Shown here: piece by piece, positions 18,085 to 30,968 of the stretch
Numbering within the stretch: position 1 is the first letter of the stretch
How the letters are laid out: the number at the start of each line of letters is the position of its first letter
The notes under the pieces: model-generated
The model's input: the letters and a program-made list of their open reading frames with translations, nothing else
Database searches by the model: none
Told to the model about the DNA's origin: nothing
Assembly (NCBI GenBank): GCA_016210005.1
Contig: JACQVA010000168.1
Coordinates: 9,547-73,546 of the forward strand
Source of the DNA: Deltaproteobacteria bacterium
GTDB taxonomy: Bacteria > Desulfobacterota > Binatia > HRBIN30 > JACQVA1
Direction: 5' to 3'
Length of the DNA: 64,000 bases
Program-made: the position numbers and the translations under genes

Positions 18085-19359
18085 TCAGAAGAATTCCTTG
18101 ATCCACTCCACCATGCGGCTACGAACCTTGCCCAATCTCCGCGTCTCCTCCGGCACCGCAGCGGCACTGTCGCGCGGTTTGGCGCCGTATGATACCAGGC
18201 CGACCGCGGTGGCGAACAGTGGGCCGGTGCTGTCGTCAAACGGCGGCGGGCCGCCGCCGTTGCCGGAGCCATTGCCCGAGTTGCCCGAAGTCGCCGGGCT
18301 GCCCAGCCGGGTCGGCATCTGAAATACCTGCTCCGCCAGCCCGACCGCGCCCGCAACCAGCGCCCCGCCACCGGTCAGGACGACACCGCTTGTCAGCGCC
18401 TGTTCGAAGCCGCTGCGAATGATTTGCCGGTGGGCCAGCGTGAAGATCTCCTCGAAGCGCGGCTCGATGATCTCCGCCAGCGTCTGCCGCGCCAGCACGC
18501 GCGGCGTGCGTCCGCCGACGCTGGGCACCTCCACTGATTCGGCGGGCTGTACCAGGCGTGCCAGTGCGCAGCCGTGCCGCTGCTTGAGGCGCTCGGCTTC
18601 CCGGAAGGGCGTGCGCAAGCCCGCGGCGATGTCGCTGGTGACGTGGTTGCCGCCGAGGCCGAGCACGGCGCTGTGCTTGAGCGCGCCCTGGCTGAAAACC
18701 AGCACGTTGGTGGTGCCGGCGCCGATCTCAACCAGCGCGACGCCGAGTTCGCGTTCCTCCGCGGTCAGCGCCGCCTCTGCCGCCGCCAGCGGGGCGAGCA
18801 CTAGATCGGCCACATGCAAACCGCTGCGCTGGCAACACTTAACCACGTTCTGGGCCGCGGCGATGGCGGTGGTGACGACATGCACCTTGGTCTCCAGGCG
18901 CACGCCCGACATGCCGAGTGGGTCTTTGACGCCGTCTTGACCATCGACCACGAACTCCTGCGCCAGCACGTGCAAGATGTCGCGATCGAGCGGCAATGCC
19001 ACCGCCCGCGCCGCGTCCAGCACGCGGGCGACGTCGCCTGGTGCCACCTCGCGGTTCTTCACCGCGACCACGCCGTGGCTGTTGAACGACTTGACGTGGG
19101 TGCCGCCGATGCCGGCGAAGACGCTGTGAATCTGGCAGCTAGCGGAAACCTCGGCCTCTTTGACGGCGCGCTCGATCGCTTGCACGGTAGCGTCGATGTT
19201 GACCACCATGCCCTTGCGCAGCCCGTCGCAAGGGGCGCTGCCGAGACCTGCAACTGTGACGGTGCCGTCGTGGACCTCGCCCACCACCGCCGCTACCTTG
19301 GCGGTGCCGATATCGAGTCCGACGAGCAATTCGCCCTTCTTGTCTCCCCGCTTAGCCAT
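18085..19359 (-). CDS. ftsA: Cell division protein FtsA
   Basis: Actin-fold motifs [10 protein letters not shown] and GGTHVKS, plus a C-terminal amphipathic helix [10 protein letters not shown]. Confidence 0.95.
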   Translation of the reverse strand: MAKRGDKKGELLVGLDIGTAKVAAVVGEVHDGTVTVAGLGSAPCDGLRKGMVVNIDATVQAIERAVKEAEVSASCQIHSVFAGIGGTHVKSFNSHGVVAVKNREVAPGDVARVLDAARAVALPLDRDILHVLAQEFVVDGQDGVKDPLGMSGVRLETKVHVVTTAIAAAQNVVKCCQRSGLHVADLVLAPLAAAEAALTAEERELGVALVEIGAGTTNVLVFSQGALKHSAVLGLGGNHVTSDIAAGLRTPFREAERLKQRHGCALARLVQPAESVEVPSVGGRTPRVLARQTLAEIIEPRFEEIFTLAHRQIIRSGFEQALTSGVVLTGGGALVAGAVGLAEQVFQMPTRLGSPATSGNSGNGSGNGGGPPPFDDSTGPLFATAVGLVSYGAKPRDSAAAVPEETRRLGKVRSRMVEWIKEFF

Positions 19360-19361
19360 AA

Positions 19362-20222
19362 CTAGGCCCGCATTCCCGACTTCGCGCCGCTGCGCGGCGT
19401 CGTCCGCGTTTTGATCGGCGAGGGCCGTAGACGCACGACCACCTGATCAGAGAAGGTGGCGTCAAACAGGGCGACACGCGATTCCTGCCCTTCCCAGGCT
19501 GCCAGCACACGCTTGGTGCGCGCCAGTTTGGTGCGCCAATTACCCCAGCCAACCACTATCGGCACCGGCTGGCGCAGCGGGATGAGCGTGACGCCCCGGC
19601 GTGGATCGATGTTGACCTCGGAAAGGCCCGCGCCGCAGCCCTCGCGCTGACACAAGCGAATCATCCGGGCAGCGCGGCGTAGCATCAAGACGTCTTCCCG
19701 GTTGGCGGGCGTGATGCCCAAGCCCGTTATGAGCGGCAAGTCGCGGCTGTCATCTTCGCGCAACCGGTTCATCAGCTGTCCCGAGCGGTCCACAAAGTAA
19801 AGATCATCGAGCACTGCGATCGCTGCGGGAACGCGCTCGCGTACGCTGACGACGAGGCGGTGTGGAAAGTCGCGCCGCACCCGCACATCGGCCAGATCGG
19901 CATGGAGGCGCAGGCGCAGGCGAATAGCAGAGGGGTTGGCGTCCCAGATGCTCATGCCCGGGCGTAGACCGGCGGACTGCAAGAGTTGCTCGCGGCCCCA
20001 GCGGCTGTTGCCGCGTACCGTGACTTCGGTGAGCGCGAAGTAGGCATGGCTCTTGGTGGCAGTCCAGACCCGCGGCACGGCCCACCGCATCGTCGCCACC
20101 ATGCCGGCGGTGCACACCGTCAGACCCCCGATCAGCCCGATGCGACGCCATGGGATGTTGGTGGTGCGGCGCGAGCGCCGCCGTCGCGCACCTGCCGTGC
20201 GACCGCGAGCTAGGTGGCGCAT
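19362..20222 (-). CDS. ftsQ: Cell division protein FtsQ (POTRA)
   Basis: Basic N-terminus, one TM (IGLIGGLTVCTAGMV) and a POTRA-like FALTEVTVRGN. ATG 20222 overlaps the murB stop (TGATG). Confidence 0.8.
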   Translation of the reverse strand: MRHLARGRTAGARRRRSRRTTNIPWRRIGLIGGLTVCTAGMVATMRWAVPRVWTATKSHAYFALTEVTVRGNSRWGREQLLQSAGLRPGMSIWDANPSAIRLRLRLHADLADVRVRRDFPHRLVVSVRERVPAAIAVLDDLYFVDRSGQLMNRLREDDSRDLPLITGLGITPANREDVLMLRRAARMIRLCQREGCGAGLSEVNIDPRRGVTLIPLRQPVPIVVGWGNWRTKLARTKRVLAAWEGQESRVALFDATFSDQVVVRLRPSPIKTRTTPRSGAKSGMRA

Positions 20223-21147
20223 CAGGCGGGGTCCTCCCAATGGCCAACGAGTCTCACTTCCGGATCGAGGCGAACTCCCCACCGCTCCCACACGCTGCGG
20301 GCGATTTCGTTCATCAGCGCTCGCACCTCGGTCGCGGTGGCGCCGCCGAGATTGACGATGAAATTGGCGTGTTGCTCTGAGACCCTTGCGCCGCCGATGC
20401 GGCGGCCCTTGAAGCCGGCCGCTTCGATGAGCTCGCCGGCATGCCGGCCCGGCGGGTTCTTGAAGATCGAGCCGGCGTTGGGGTAGCCCAGAGGCTGATG
20501 AAGTTGGCGCCGCTGCTTGTACTCAGCCATCAGGTCTCGGATTGAGCCCGGATCCCCCGCCGCCAGACGCAAGCTGAGGTGGGTCACGATCCATCCGCGG
20601 GGCAGATCGAAGTGGCGGTAGCCGAAACTGAGGTCGGCTTTGGGCAACTGCTGCGGGCCGGTAGCAGCATCCACGCCTTCGATGGCTTCGACCACATTGG
20701 CGATCTCGCCGCCAAAGGCGCCGGCGTTCATGAGTAACCCGCCCCCCAGCAACCCGGGAATCCCTTCGGCAAACTCCAGCCCGGTCAGCCGGCGCTGCGC
20801 GGCTTCGACCACCAGCTTCTTGAAGGGCACCGCGGCCCCCGCTCGCACCTTGGTGCCGGAGCCGTTTGCTTGCCACTCCATGGCGGCGAAGGCCCGCCCG
20901 AGCTTGAGCACAATGCCCCGAATTCCGTTATCGCTGACCAGAATGTTGGTGCCGCCGCCGAGGACGAACAGCGGCGTACCCGCGCGCGCAGCGAGGGTGA
21001 GAACTTCGTGCACCTCCGCCACGCTGTCGGCCTCGATGAACGCATCGGCTGGCCCGCCAATGCGAAATGAGGTGTGCCGGCTGAGGGGCTCGCCGGTGCG
21101 CAGGCGCTCGCCGAAGGCGGCGCGCAGGGCGGTCAGGTCGGCTGCTG

Positions 21148-21163
<16 letters not shown>
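20222..21163 (-). CDS. murB: UDP-N-acetylenolpyruvoylglucosamine reductase
   Basis: Contains HTSFRIGGPADAF and the FAD-binding GGGTNILV motif, plus C-terminal SEQHANFIVN. Confidence 0.93.
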
Positions 21164-22546
<1,383 letters not shown>

Positions 22547-22554
<8 letters not shown>

Positions 22555-23623
22555 GGGTTCTCTCCTGGGCGATAACCTCGCGGCAGACGGCGAGTACGCG
22601 GGCGGCGGCATCGGGAATTGCCAGGCGGCGGGCGGCCGCAGCCATGGCCTGCAAGCCGTCGGGATCGGCGGCCAACGCGGCGACCCGCGCAGCTAGAACC
22701 GTGCCGGTGAGCTCGCGGTCGAGCAGCATCTGCGCGGCGTTGCCGTGCACCAAGACCTCGGCGTTGGCACGCTGATGATCATCGGCGGCGAAGGGGTAGG
22801 GGACCAAGATCGCCGGCTTGCCCAGGGCGGTGATCTCCGCCACGGTGGTGGCGCCCGCGCGGCAGACGACGAGATCGGCCTGGCCGTAAGCGCTACCCAT
22901 GTCTTCGATGAACGGACTCACCTCGGCGGTTACGCCGGCCTGGGCGTAACGCTGCCGCACCCAGCCGGCGTCGGCAGCGCCGGTTTGGTGGATTACCCTC
23001 AGCTCGGCGATTTGTCGCCGCAGTATCGCGGCTGCTTCGGTGGCGGCGACGTTGAGGCGGTGCGCGCCTTGGCTGCCGCCGAAAACCAGCAGGGTGAAAC
23101 CGCTGCCGGGTGCCGCCGCTGGTGCCGCCAGCGTACGCACCGGGTTGCCGGTTAGCGTGGTGCGCCCGGCGGGGAAGAACGGCGCGGCTTCGGTAAAGGC
23201 GGTGCAGACGCGCTGCGCCAGCCGTCCGAGGCGGCGGTTGGTCAATCCGGGATGCGCGTTTTGTTCGAGCAGCACCCGTGGCACCCGCCGCAACCAGGCG
23301 GCGAGCACCATGGCCGCCGAGGCATAGCCGCCGACGCCGACGACGATGTCCGGGCGGAAATCGCCCAGGATGCGCCAGGCGCGGACCAGCGCTACCGGCA
23401 GCTGTTGCAGCAGGTCCGCCACGCCGCGCCAGCCGCGGCCGCGCAAGCCGCGCATCGGCAGTGCTTCAAAGGGAAATGTCGTCTGGGGAATGACGCGCGC
23501 TTCGATGCCGTAGCGGCTGCCGACAAACAACACCGCCGCGCCCTCTGCGGCGGCCGCTTGCGCTACCGCCAAACCGGGAAACAGATGCCCACCCGTCCCG
23601 CCGCCGGCTACGATCATCCTCAT
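22547..23623 (-). CDS. murG: UDP-N-acetylglucosamine--LPS/undecaprenyl-PP-MurNAc-pentapeptide transferase MurG
   Basis: MRMIVAGGGTGGHLFPGLAVA begins at ATG 23623, 3 nt after the ftsW stop. It is 358 aa. The rest of the 820-aa track ORF overlaps ftsW in another frame. Confidence 0.94.
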
Positions 23624-23625
23624 CC

Positions 23626-24771
23626 TCAACCCGTCTGCCGCGACAGCGCCGCCAGGATGCCGATCTGGACGAGCGCCACCATCATGGCGGAGCCACCGCA
23701 GCTCAAAAAAGGAAGGGCTAAGCCTTTGGTCGGAAGCAGCCCCAACACCACCCCCACATTCACAACCGCCTGCAGCAATAGCACTAAAGTGAGGCCGAAT
23801 GCCAGCAGGCTGGCGAAGCGATCCGGGTGCCGGTAGGCGATGCGAAAGCCGCGCATGCCGAGCAGCCCGAACAGCCCCAAGACCAGCAGCACGCCGATCA
23901 ACCCCAGCTCTTCGCCGACCAGAGAGAAGATGAAGTCGGTGTGGGCTTCGGGCAGGAAGAACAACTTCTGCTTGCTCTGGCCCAGGCCTACGCCCGTGAG
24001 GCCGCCGGAGCCAAAGGCGATCAGCGACTGGGTGAGTTGGAAGCCGAGGTCGCGGCTGTATTTCCAGGGGTCGCGGAACGCCATGATCCGCCGTATGCGA
24101 TAATCGGCGTGCATCACCGCCGCTGTCGCTAGCAGCACCCCGGGTAGTGCCAGCGCCAGCAGATGCTTGAGGCGGGCGCCGCCGGCGAACAACATCGCCA
24201 TTAACAGCAGACCCAAGATCGTGGCAGTGCCGAAATCCGGCTCCACCACGATCAGCCCGGCGAACAGCCCGACTACGATCAGATGCGGCAGCACGCCACG
24301 GACGAACTCGCTCATCTGCTGGCCGCGGCGGGCAATGGAATGCGCCAAGTACACCACCAGCACCGTCTTCACCCACTCCGACGGTTGTACCGAGAAGCCG
24401 CCGACGCCAATCCAGCGGCGCGCGCCGCCGCGCACCATGCCGACGTGCGGGATCAATACCAGCGTGATCACCGCTAAGCCGAGCAGCAAGAGCGCATAGA
24501 CGCCGCGCTCGAGTAACTCGATGCGGATCTTGGAAGCCGCTACCGCCAGTACCGTACCCATGGCGATGGCGACCAGGTGCTTGCGGAAGTACAGATACGG
24601 GTCGCCATGGTTTTCCAGCGCGAAGAAGTAGCTGGCGTTGAACACCATGACCACACCGAGACCGACCAGGCCGGCGGTGGCGATGATGAGCCACCAGTCG
24701 GGCCGGTTGAGACGCGGCATCACTAATCGTTGGTGCAATACCCGGATGCCGGGAAGCGCTAGTGTCGTCAT
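23626..24771 (-). CDS. ftsW: SEDS-family peptidoglycan polymerase FtsW
   Basis: Polytopic membrane protein of about 10 TM with SEDS blocks (PSEWVK, LPEAHTDFIFS). Its dcw position lies between murD and murG. Confidence 0.9.
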   Translation of the reverse strand: MTTLALPGIRVLHQRLVMPRLNRPDWWLIIATAGLVGLGVVMVFNASYFFALENHGDPYLYFRKHLVAIAMGTVLAVAASKIRIELLERGVYALLLLGLAVITLVLIPHVGMVRGGARRWIGVGGFSVQPSEWVKTVLVVYLAHSIARRGQQMSEFVRGVLPHLIVVGLFAGLIVVEPDFGTATILGLLLMAMLFAGGARLKHLLALALPGVLLATAAVMHADYRIRRIMAFRDPWKYSRDLGFQLTQSLIAFGSGGLTGVGLGQSKQKLFFLPEAHTDFIFSLVGEELGLIGVLLVLGLFGLLGMRGFRIAYRHPDRFASLLAFGLTLVLLLQAVVNVGVVLGLLPTKGLALPFLSCGGSAMMVALVQIGILAALSRQTG

Positions 24772-26108
24772 AAGGCCTCCACCAATTCGCAGAAGCGCCG
24801 CCCGCGAGCGGCGTAATCGGTGAACTCATCGAAGCTGGCGCAGCCAGGTGAGAGCAACACCGTGTCGCCATCGCATGCGGCGGCGGCAGCGGCGGCCACG
24901 GCCTCGGCCAGCGCCGGCGTTTCGATGAACTCGACGCTACCGGTGATTTGCGCGGCGATGCTGTGGCGCGCGGCGCCGAACAGCACGGCGCGTTTGACGC
25001 GCTGCTCAAGCAGCGGGCGCAGTGCGTGGAAGTCGCTGCCCTTGTCGTACCCGCCGGCGAGCAGGATGACGTTGGCCGAAAAGCTCTGCAGCGACTTGAT
25101 CACCGCGCCGACGTTGGTGCCCTTGGAGTCATCGTAATAGCTTACCCCGGCCCGCTCGCGCACCAACTGCAGCCGATGCGGCAGGCCCGCGGTTTGTTCG
25201 AGCACGCGTTGCACGATCGACGCCGGCACCCCCCAGACCGAGGCGGCGGTGAGCGCCGCGAGCATGTTCTCGCGGTTGTGTGCGCCCTGGAGCCGCACGC
25301 GCGCGAGCGGGAAACGCCGCGCCTGCGGCTCCGGCCCCCAGTACACCAGGTCATCGCCGTCCACGAAGCCGCCGAATTCGACCGGCTCGCGGCCGAACGA
25401 GATGGTCGTAGCCCGGGTGCGACGGCGCTGGTTCCACACCCAGCGGTCGTCGCGGTTGAGCACCGCGATATCCCCCGGCCGCTGCCGCATCAGCAGCTGC
25501 GCCTTGGCCAGAGCGTACTCCTCCACGCTGCTGTAACGATCGAGGTGGTCGGGTGTCAGATTGAGCATGACCGCAATCCGCGGGCGAAAGCTGTGTACCC
25601 ACTCGAGCTGGAAACTCGAGATCTCGGCCACCGCGGCCTCGTAGGGTGGGGCGTCTTCCTGCACCGCGTCGATCAAGGGTGTGCCGAGATTGCCTCCGAC
25701 AAACACCGGTGCGCCGGCCGCGCTCAGCATCGCCCCCAGCAGCGTGGTGGTGGTGCTCTTGCCGTTGGTGCCGGTGATCGCCAGCAGAGGGCAGGGCAGG
25801 AAGCGGTACGCCAGCTCGATCTCGCTGATCACGGGCACGCCGGCAGCCAGGGCGCACTGCAAGAGCCGATGAGTGCGCGGCACGCCCGGGCTGGGGACTA
25901 CTAATTCCACGCCCCGCAGCTGCGCCTCGGTGCCGTCATCGAGGATGCGCTCGATCTCGGCCGGCAACGGCAAGCGCTCCAGTCGTTCGGGCTGACGTTC
26001 AAGCAGGCGCACTGCGGCGCCGCGTGCGGCCAGAAACCGCGCCGTGCTCTGCCCGGTCCGGCCGGCGCCGACGACCACCACGCTACGACCGGCGAGATCC
26101 ATAGTCAC
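24768..26108 (-). CDS. murD: UDP-N-acetylmuramoylalanine--D-glutamate ligase
   Basis: Contains VVVVGAGRTGQS and ITGTNGKSTTT. Its stop overlaps the ftsW start. Confidence 0.95.
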   Translation of the reverse strand: MTMDLAGRSVVVVGAGRTGQSTARFLAARGAAVRLLERQPERLERLPLPAEIERILDDGTEAQLRGVELVVPSPGVPRTHRLLQCALAAGVPVISEIELAYRFLPCPLLAITGTNGKSTTTTLLGAMLSAAGAPVFVGGNLGTPLIDAVQEDAPPYEAAVAEISSFQLEWVHSFRPRIAVMLNLTPDHLDRYSSVEEYALAKAQLLMRQRPGDIAVLNRDDRWVWNQRRRTRATTISFGREPVEFGGFVDGDDLVYWGPEPQARRFPLARVRLQGAHNRENMLAALTAASVWGVPASIVQRVLEQTAGLPHRLQLVRERAGVSYYDDSKGTNVGAVIKSLQSFSANVILLAGGYDKGSDFHALRPLLEQRVKRAVLFGAARHSIAAQITGSVEFIETPALAEAVAAAAAAACDGDTVLLSPGCASFDEFTDYAARGRRFCELVEAL

Positions 26109-26109
26109 C

Positions 26110-27189
26110 CTAGCGCAACTTGAGCGTGCTCAAGGCCGCCATCGCACAGATCGCGGAAACGACCCAGAACCGTACAATGATCTGCGGCTCCGGCCAGCCC
26201 TTCAGCTCGAAATGGTGATGAATCGGCGCCATGCGGAACACCCGCTTGCGCCGCAACTTGTATGAGCCCACCTGGATGATCACCGATAGTGCCTCGGCAA
26301 CGAACACGCTGCCCGCCAGCGGCAGCACCAGTTCGTGCTTGGTCAGCAGCGCCACAACGCCGAGCGCGGCGCCGAGCGGCAAGGCGCCGACGTCACCCAT
26401 GAACATCATCGCCGGGTAGGCATTGAACCACAAGAAGCCCAGCCCAGCGGCAAGAATGGCGGCGCAGAAAATGGCCAGTTCACCCGCCCCCGCCACGTAT
26501 TCGAGCTGCAAGTAATCGGCGTACTTGACGTTGCCGGTCACCCAGGCGAAGACCACGTAGGTTCCGGCGGTGGTCATCACCGGGCCGATCGCCAAGCCGT
26601 CGAGCCCGTCGGTGAGATTGACGGCATTGGAGGCACCCACCAGCACCAGGGCGGCGAAGGGGATGTACCAAAGCCCGAGGTCGGGGTGGAGGTCCTTGAA
26701 GAAAGGGAAGTTCAGGGTCGTGGAAAATCCCGGCTTGCAGTACAACACCGTTGCCGCCGCGAGCGCGACGCCGAACTGGCCGAGCAGCTTATAGCGGCCC
26801 CACAGGCCCTCCGCGCTCCGGCGCACCAGCTTGCGATAGTCGTCCATGAAGCCGATGACCGCAAACCCCAGCGTCACCAGCACGGCCACCCACACGAAGA
26901 GATTGCTCAGGTCGGCGAGCAGCAAGGTGGCGAGTATGAACGAGAACAGGATGAGAGTGCCACCCATGGTCGGGGTTCCGGCCTTGCCCAAATGGCGCTC
27001 GGGACCGTCGCTGCGAATGACCTGACCGATCTGCAACGCGGTCAGACGCCGGATCAGCCAAGGGCCGAGCATGAACGAAATGGTCAGCGACAGCAGTGCC
27101 GCCAGCAGCGAGCGAAAGCTGATGTAGCGAAAGACGTTGAAGACGCTGTATTCGGTGTGTAACGGGTAGAGAAGGTGATATAACATCAA
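26110..27189 (-). CDS. mraY: Phospho-N-acetylmuramoyl-pentapeptide transferase
   Basis: Contains [13 protein letters not shown] and APIHHHFE, in a polytopic membrane protein. Confidence 0.96.
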   Translation of the reverse strand: MMLYHLLYPLHTEYSVFNVFRYISFRSLLAALLSLTISFMLGPWLIRRLTALQIGQVIRSDGPERHLGKAGTPTMGGTLILFSFILATLLLADLSNLFVWVAVLVTLGFAVIGFMDDYRKLVRRSAEGLWGRYKLLGQFGVALAAATVLYCKPGFSTTLNFPFFKDLHPDLGLWYIPFAALVLVGASNAVNLTDGLDGLAIGPVMTTAGTYVVFAWVTGNVKYADYLQLEYVAGAGELAIFCAAILAAGLGFLWFNAYPAMMFMGDVGALPLGAALGVVALLTKHELVLPLAGSVFVAEALSVIIQVGSYKLRRKRVFRMAPIHHHFELKGWPEPQIIVRFWVVSAICAMAALSTLKLR

Positions 27190-28655
27190 GCGTGGCCCCC
27201 GGCCTCTTGCAGTAACCGCACGACCTCCGCCATGCGGGAGCCGCGCAGGCGCACAACCTCTTCGGTGGCGGCACCGCGCGAGCCCTTGATCAGAATGACG
27301 TCACCCGCTCGCCACAACCCGGCCACCGAGGTCGCGGCCGCAGCCGGATCGGCGCAGACGTGCACCGCGGCGGCGTCCAGGCCGCCGGCGCGGGCACCGT
27401 CGGCCAGGGCCTCGGCTTGCTCTCCCACACCGATCAGCAAGCGCACGCCCAGCCGCGCCGCCAATTCTCCCACCTGACGGTGCCAGGCCGCGCTAGCCTC
27501 GCCCAGCTCGCGCATTTCACCCAACACCGCGATCGCACGGCCGGGCTGCTGCACCAGCACGCGCAGCGCCGCTTCGACGTTGGCGGGATTGGCGTTGTAC
27601 GAATCATTCAGCAAGGTGGCGCCGTTGGCGAGCTTCACCACCTGCATCCGCTTGGGCGGCGCGGCGATCGCTTCCAAGCCCGCGCGGATCGTCGCCAGGT
27701 CGACTCCGATCGCGTGGGTAACCGCGGCGGCCGCCAGAGCGTTCTCCACGTTGTGCCGGCCGGGGAGGCGCAGGCGCACTCGGGTCGCTTGTTTGCCGAT
27801 GCCCAGATCGAAGGCAATGCCGTCGAGACCGCAATCGGTAATCGCCGCCGCGTGGACCTCGCCGCCGCTGCCGAACTCGATACGCCGGCCGCGAAATCCG
27901 GCGGCGATCTTGACCACGCGCTCATCGTCAAGGTTGACGGCGACCGTGGCGTCCCGGCGCATGCCCGCAAACAACTCGCCCTTGGCCGCCGCCACGCCCT
28001 CGATGCTGCCGCAGCCTGCGAGGTGTACGGGTCCGATATTGGTGACCACCCCGACATCGGGACCGGCAATCTCGACCAGGCGCGCAATCTCGCCCGGCAC
28101 GCTCATGCCCATCTCGACCACCGCCACCGCGTCGCTGCCGGTCACCCGTAGCAGCGTGAGCGGTACGCCGATGAGATTGTTTTCGGTGCCGATCGACTTG
28201 ACTACGCCGGTACGCGGCGCCGGAAAGCTGGCGTGGTCACAGATGGCCGCCGCCATCTCTTTCGTCGTGGTCTTACCGTTACTGCCGGTGATCGCGATTA
28301 CGAGCGGCTGCTCGCGCCGGCGGGTCCACGCGGCGAGGTCGCCCAGAGCCCGGAGCGTGTCGGGCACGACGATGGCTTGGGGCTGTGGTACTTCGCTGGC
28401 TACGTGCTGCACGAGGACGGCGCGCGCACCCTGCGCCAAGGCGTCGGCCGCGAAACGATGCCCGTCGTGCGTCTCGCCGATGAGGGCAATGAAGAGCGCG
28501 CCAGGCGTGAGACGGCGCGAATCGGTCGCTATCGAGTCGAATGTCAGCGAGCGGTCAGCAGCGTAGGCGACCGTGCCGCCGGTCGCGGCGATTACTTCAG
28601 CGAGGGTCCAAGTCATGCTGGGAACGAGTGCGAGCGCCAGCTCCGCGTCCCTCAT
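27186..28655 (-). CDS. murF: UDP-MurNAc-tripeptide--D-alanyl-D-alanine ligase
   Basis: Contains [35 protein letters not shown] and C-terminal ILIKGSRG. There is no DNPR motif, so this is MurF and not MurE. The start could be ATG 28616 instead. Confidence 0.9.
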   Translation of the reverse strand: MRDAELALALVPSMTWTLAEVIAATGGTVAYAADRSLTFDSIATDSRRLTPGALFIALIGETHDGHRFAADALAQGARAVLVQHVASEVPQPQAIVVPDTLRALGDLAAWTRRREQPLVIAITGSNGKTTTKEMAAAICDHASFPAPRTGVVKSIGTENNLIGVPLTLLRVTGSDAVAVVEMGMSVPGEIARLVEIAGPDVGVVTNIGPVHLAGCGSIEGVAAAKGELFAGMRRDATVAVNLDDERVVKIAAGFRGRRIEFGSGGEVHAAAITDCGLDGIAFDLGIGKQATRVRLRLPGRHNVENALAAAAVTHAIGVDLATIRAGLEAIAAPPKRMQVVKLANGATLLNDSYNANPANVEAALRVLVQQPGRAIAVLGEMRELGEASAAWHRQVGELAARLGVRLLIGVGEQAEALADGARAGGLDAAAVHVCADPAAAATSVAGLWRAGDVILIKGSRGAATEEVVRLRGSRMAEVVRLLQEAGGHA

Positions 28656-28658
28656 ATC

Positions 28659-30590
28659 TCAAAGTGCGGGGGTGCCAAATACCAGGCGGAGCGTACGCCC
28701 GTTGCCGGCCGCTGCCCCCGGCGGCGGTTCTTGGGCGACAACAAAACCGCTGCCTTCGAGCTGCACTTCCCAACCGGCGCGGTGCGCACGCACGAGCGCT
28801 TCCCGCATGCTCAAGCCCAGGAAGCTCGGCATGCCGCCGCTGGAATCAACGACCTGCCACACCACCGGCTGGGGCACGAGCGCCGCCAACTCGGAAGCGG
28901 GCACCAGTGGCAACTGCGGCCGCAATCCCAGGCGCTCAAGGCTGTACTCGGCGATGCGCCGGAATACGGGCGCGGCCACTAGGCCGCCATAGGTCACGCC
29001 TTTCGGCGTGTCGATTACCACCAGAATGACCAGGCGAGGATCATCCGCCGGGACAAAGCCGACAAACGACGACATGCGGCCGCGCGCCGAGTAGCGCCCG
29101 GTGTGCGGGTCCACCTTCTGTGCAGTGCCGGTCTTGCCCGCCACGCTGAAGCCGGCGACGGCGGCCTTGGTTCCGGTGCCGCTCTCGACCACGCGCTGCA
29201 GCATCGTTGTGAGCGCGGCGGCCGTCTCCAAGCTGATCACCCGGCGTACCACTTCCGGGCGCGGTGCTCGCTCGACCCGGCCGTCTTCGGTAATCACCCG
29301 TTGTACGACTTGCGGCTTGAGCAGCAGCCCGCCGTTGGCAATCGCCCCGTAGGCGCTCGCGAGTTGCAGGGGAGTCACCGCGATACCTTGCCCGAAACTA
29401 GTGGTTACAAGGTGAATGCGGCCCCAGCGCTCGATCGGACGTAACAGGCCGCTGACCTCGCCCGGCAGTTCCACCCCAGTGGGTTTGCCGAAGCCGAAGG
29501 CCTCGATCGCGGCAGCTAGACGGGCGGCGCCGAGGCGTTCGCCGATCTTGGCGGTGCCGATGTTGCTCGAGTGCTGGATCACTTCAGCGAAAGAGAGCCA
29601 GCCGTAGCGCTCGTGGTCGTGGATGACGCGGCGGCCGACGCCGTAGTGGCCGTTTTCGCAGTAGATGCGGTCGTCGGGTTTCACTAGGCCCGCTTCCAAC
29701 GCGGCGGCGGCGGTGAAGGTCTTGAAGGTCGAGCCGGGCTCGAAGGAGTCAGTCACGATGCGATTGCGGCGCGCGGCCGCCGTGGCCTTGCCGGCTTCGT
29801 TGGGGTCGAAGGTCGGCACATTGGCGAGGGCCAAGATCTCGCCCGTGCGCGGGTCGAGCACCACGGCGGCGCCGGCTTCCGCCTGATGGGCGGTTACGGC
29901 TTGCGCCAGCTCGGTTTCCGCGACGTGCTGGATGGCGGCATCGATGGTCAATTCAATCCGCGCCCCTGGCTGCGGCCGCTCCGGCTGGGTGGCGCTCAGC
30001 ATCATGGGACGCCCGTGGGCGTCATGTTCCACCGCGCGCGGCTCAACCCGGCGGAGCAGACTGCGATTGTGGCGCAGCTCGATCCCTTCGATGCCTTGAG
30101 CGTCGATGTTGGTCAGGCCGATGACGTGCGCAGCCAGCTGGCCGTGCGGATAGTGACGGCGCCGGCTGGGCTCGCTGCCAACCCCGGCCAAGTGCAGTTC
30201 GGACAGCGCCTGCCAGCGGTCGATAGACATCTGGCGGTCGAGCCAGATGAAGGGCGACTTGCTGCTGGTCTTAGCGGTGATAGTTGACTGTGGCAGGCCG
30301 AGCGCACTGGCCAGTGCTTGCACCGATTGGGCGCCAGTAAGCTCGCGCGGCCGCAGGTAGACCGCAGCCGCATCAACCGTTAGCGCCAGCGCTTCGCCGG
30401 TGCGATCCAGAATTGCACCCCTCGACGGTGGTTCCGCCAGCCGGCGCTGATGCTGGCGTACGGCCAGTTGCTTGAGGTTCGGGCCTTGGATTACTGTGAG
30501 ATACACCGCCCGCGCGATCACGGCCCCAAGGAGGACGCAGAACACCGCTGCCGTCGCCTGAATGCGCCCGCGAGCGGCAGCCATGGTCAT
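28659..30590 (-). CDS. ftsI: Division transpeptidase FtsI (class B PBP) with C-terminal PASTA-like domain
   Basis: Contains STFK (GSTFKTF), SSN (HSSNIG) and KTGT (AGKTGTA). ATG 30590 (MTMAAARG, followed by a TM) overlaps the ftsL stop (ATGA). Confidence 0.9.
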   Translation of the reverse strand: MTMAAARGRIQATAAVFCVLLGAVIARAVYLTVIQGPNLKQLAVRQHQRRLAEPPSRGAILDRTGEALALTVDAAAVYLRPRELTGAQSVQALASALGLPQSTITAKTSSKSPFIWLDRQMSIDRWQALSELHLAGVGSEPSRRRHYPHGQLAAHVIGLTNIDAQGIEGIELRHNRSLLRRVEPRAVEHDAHGRPMMLSATQPERPQPGARIELTIDAAIQHVAETELAQAVTAHQAEAGAAVVLDPRTGEILALANVPTFDPNEAGKATAAARRNRIVTDSFEPGSTFKTFTAAAALEAGLVKPDDRIYCENGHYGVGRRVIHDHERYGWLSFAEVIQHSSNIGTAKIGERLGAARLAAAIEAFGFGKPTGVELPGEVSGLLRPIERWGRIHLVTTSFGQGIAVTPLQLASAYGAIANGGLLLKPQVVQRVITEDGRVERAPRPEVVRRVISLETAAALTTMLQRVVESGTGTKAAVAGFSVAGKTGTAQKVDPHTGRYSARGRMSSFVGFVPADDPRLVILVVIDTPKGVTYGGLVAAPVFRRIAEYSLERLGLRPQLPLVPASELAALVPQPVVWQVVDSSGGMPSFLGLSMREALVRAHRAGWEVQLEGSGFVVAQEPPPGAAAGNGRTLRLVFGTPAL

Positions 30591-30967
30591 TGCAGCGATC
30601 CTAGCTGTTCGGGCTGCGGCCGTTGTAGGCCGAGTCGCCGGCGCGCCTCCTCTTCCAGTCGGCCCGGCGTGTCGGCGGCCGCAGCTTCCACCGCGAGTTC
30701 CTTCGCTTCCTGCTCCAACCGCCCCACAAGCTGCTGCACCGCCGACAGCCGGTAACCGATCTCCACCACCCGCAACCGCACCCACACATATCCCAGCGCC
30801 ACCAAGACGCCCGCTAGCACCAACACCCCGATCCAAGTTGCCAACCCCTTCACTTCTGCGCTGACGGCAAACGGAACATTCGCCGGTCGCCAGTGTGCCT
30901 CACGCAAGACGGCCTCGATTGGGTCACGCCGTGCAAATGCCCGCTGATCGATCGACACTGGCAACAT
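30587..30967 (-). CDS. ftsL: FtsL-like division protein (single TM + coiled coil)
   Basis: ATG 30967 lies 2 nt after the mraZ stop. TM segment WIGVLVLAGVLVALGYVWV is followed by a heptad-like LSAVQQLVGRLEQEAKEL. The position is typical of dcw clusters. Confidence 0.6.
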   Translation of the reverse strand: MLPVSIDQRAFARRDPIEAVLREAHWRPANVPFAVSAEVKGLATWIGVLVLAGVLVALGYVWVRLRVVEIGYRLSAVQQLVGRLEQEAKELAVEAAAADTPGRLEEEARRRLGLQRPQPEQLGSLQ

Positions 30968-30968
30968 C

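Noticed and set aside
16719-18371. 116-codon N-terminal extension of FtsZ; similar long extensions on FtsI (to 30836), FtsL (to 31114), MurC, the porin, SDR, ABC ATPase, TolC and TPR ORFs
   Set aside because: The extensions lack homology and overlap neighbouring genes. Internal ATG or GTG codons with good RBSs or ATGA/GTGA coupling coincide with where homology starts.
27186-28655. Possibility that the ligase after ftsI is MurE (its usual position)
   Set aside because: The motifs are MurF-type: [21 protein letters not shown] and C-terminal KGSRG. The MurE DNPR motif is absent.
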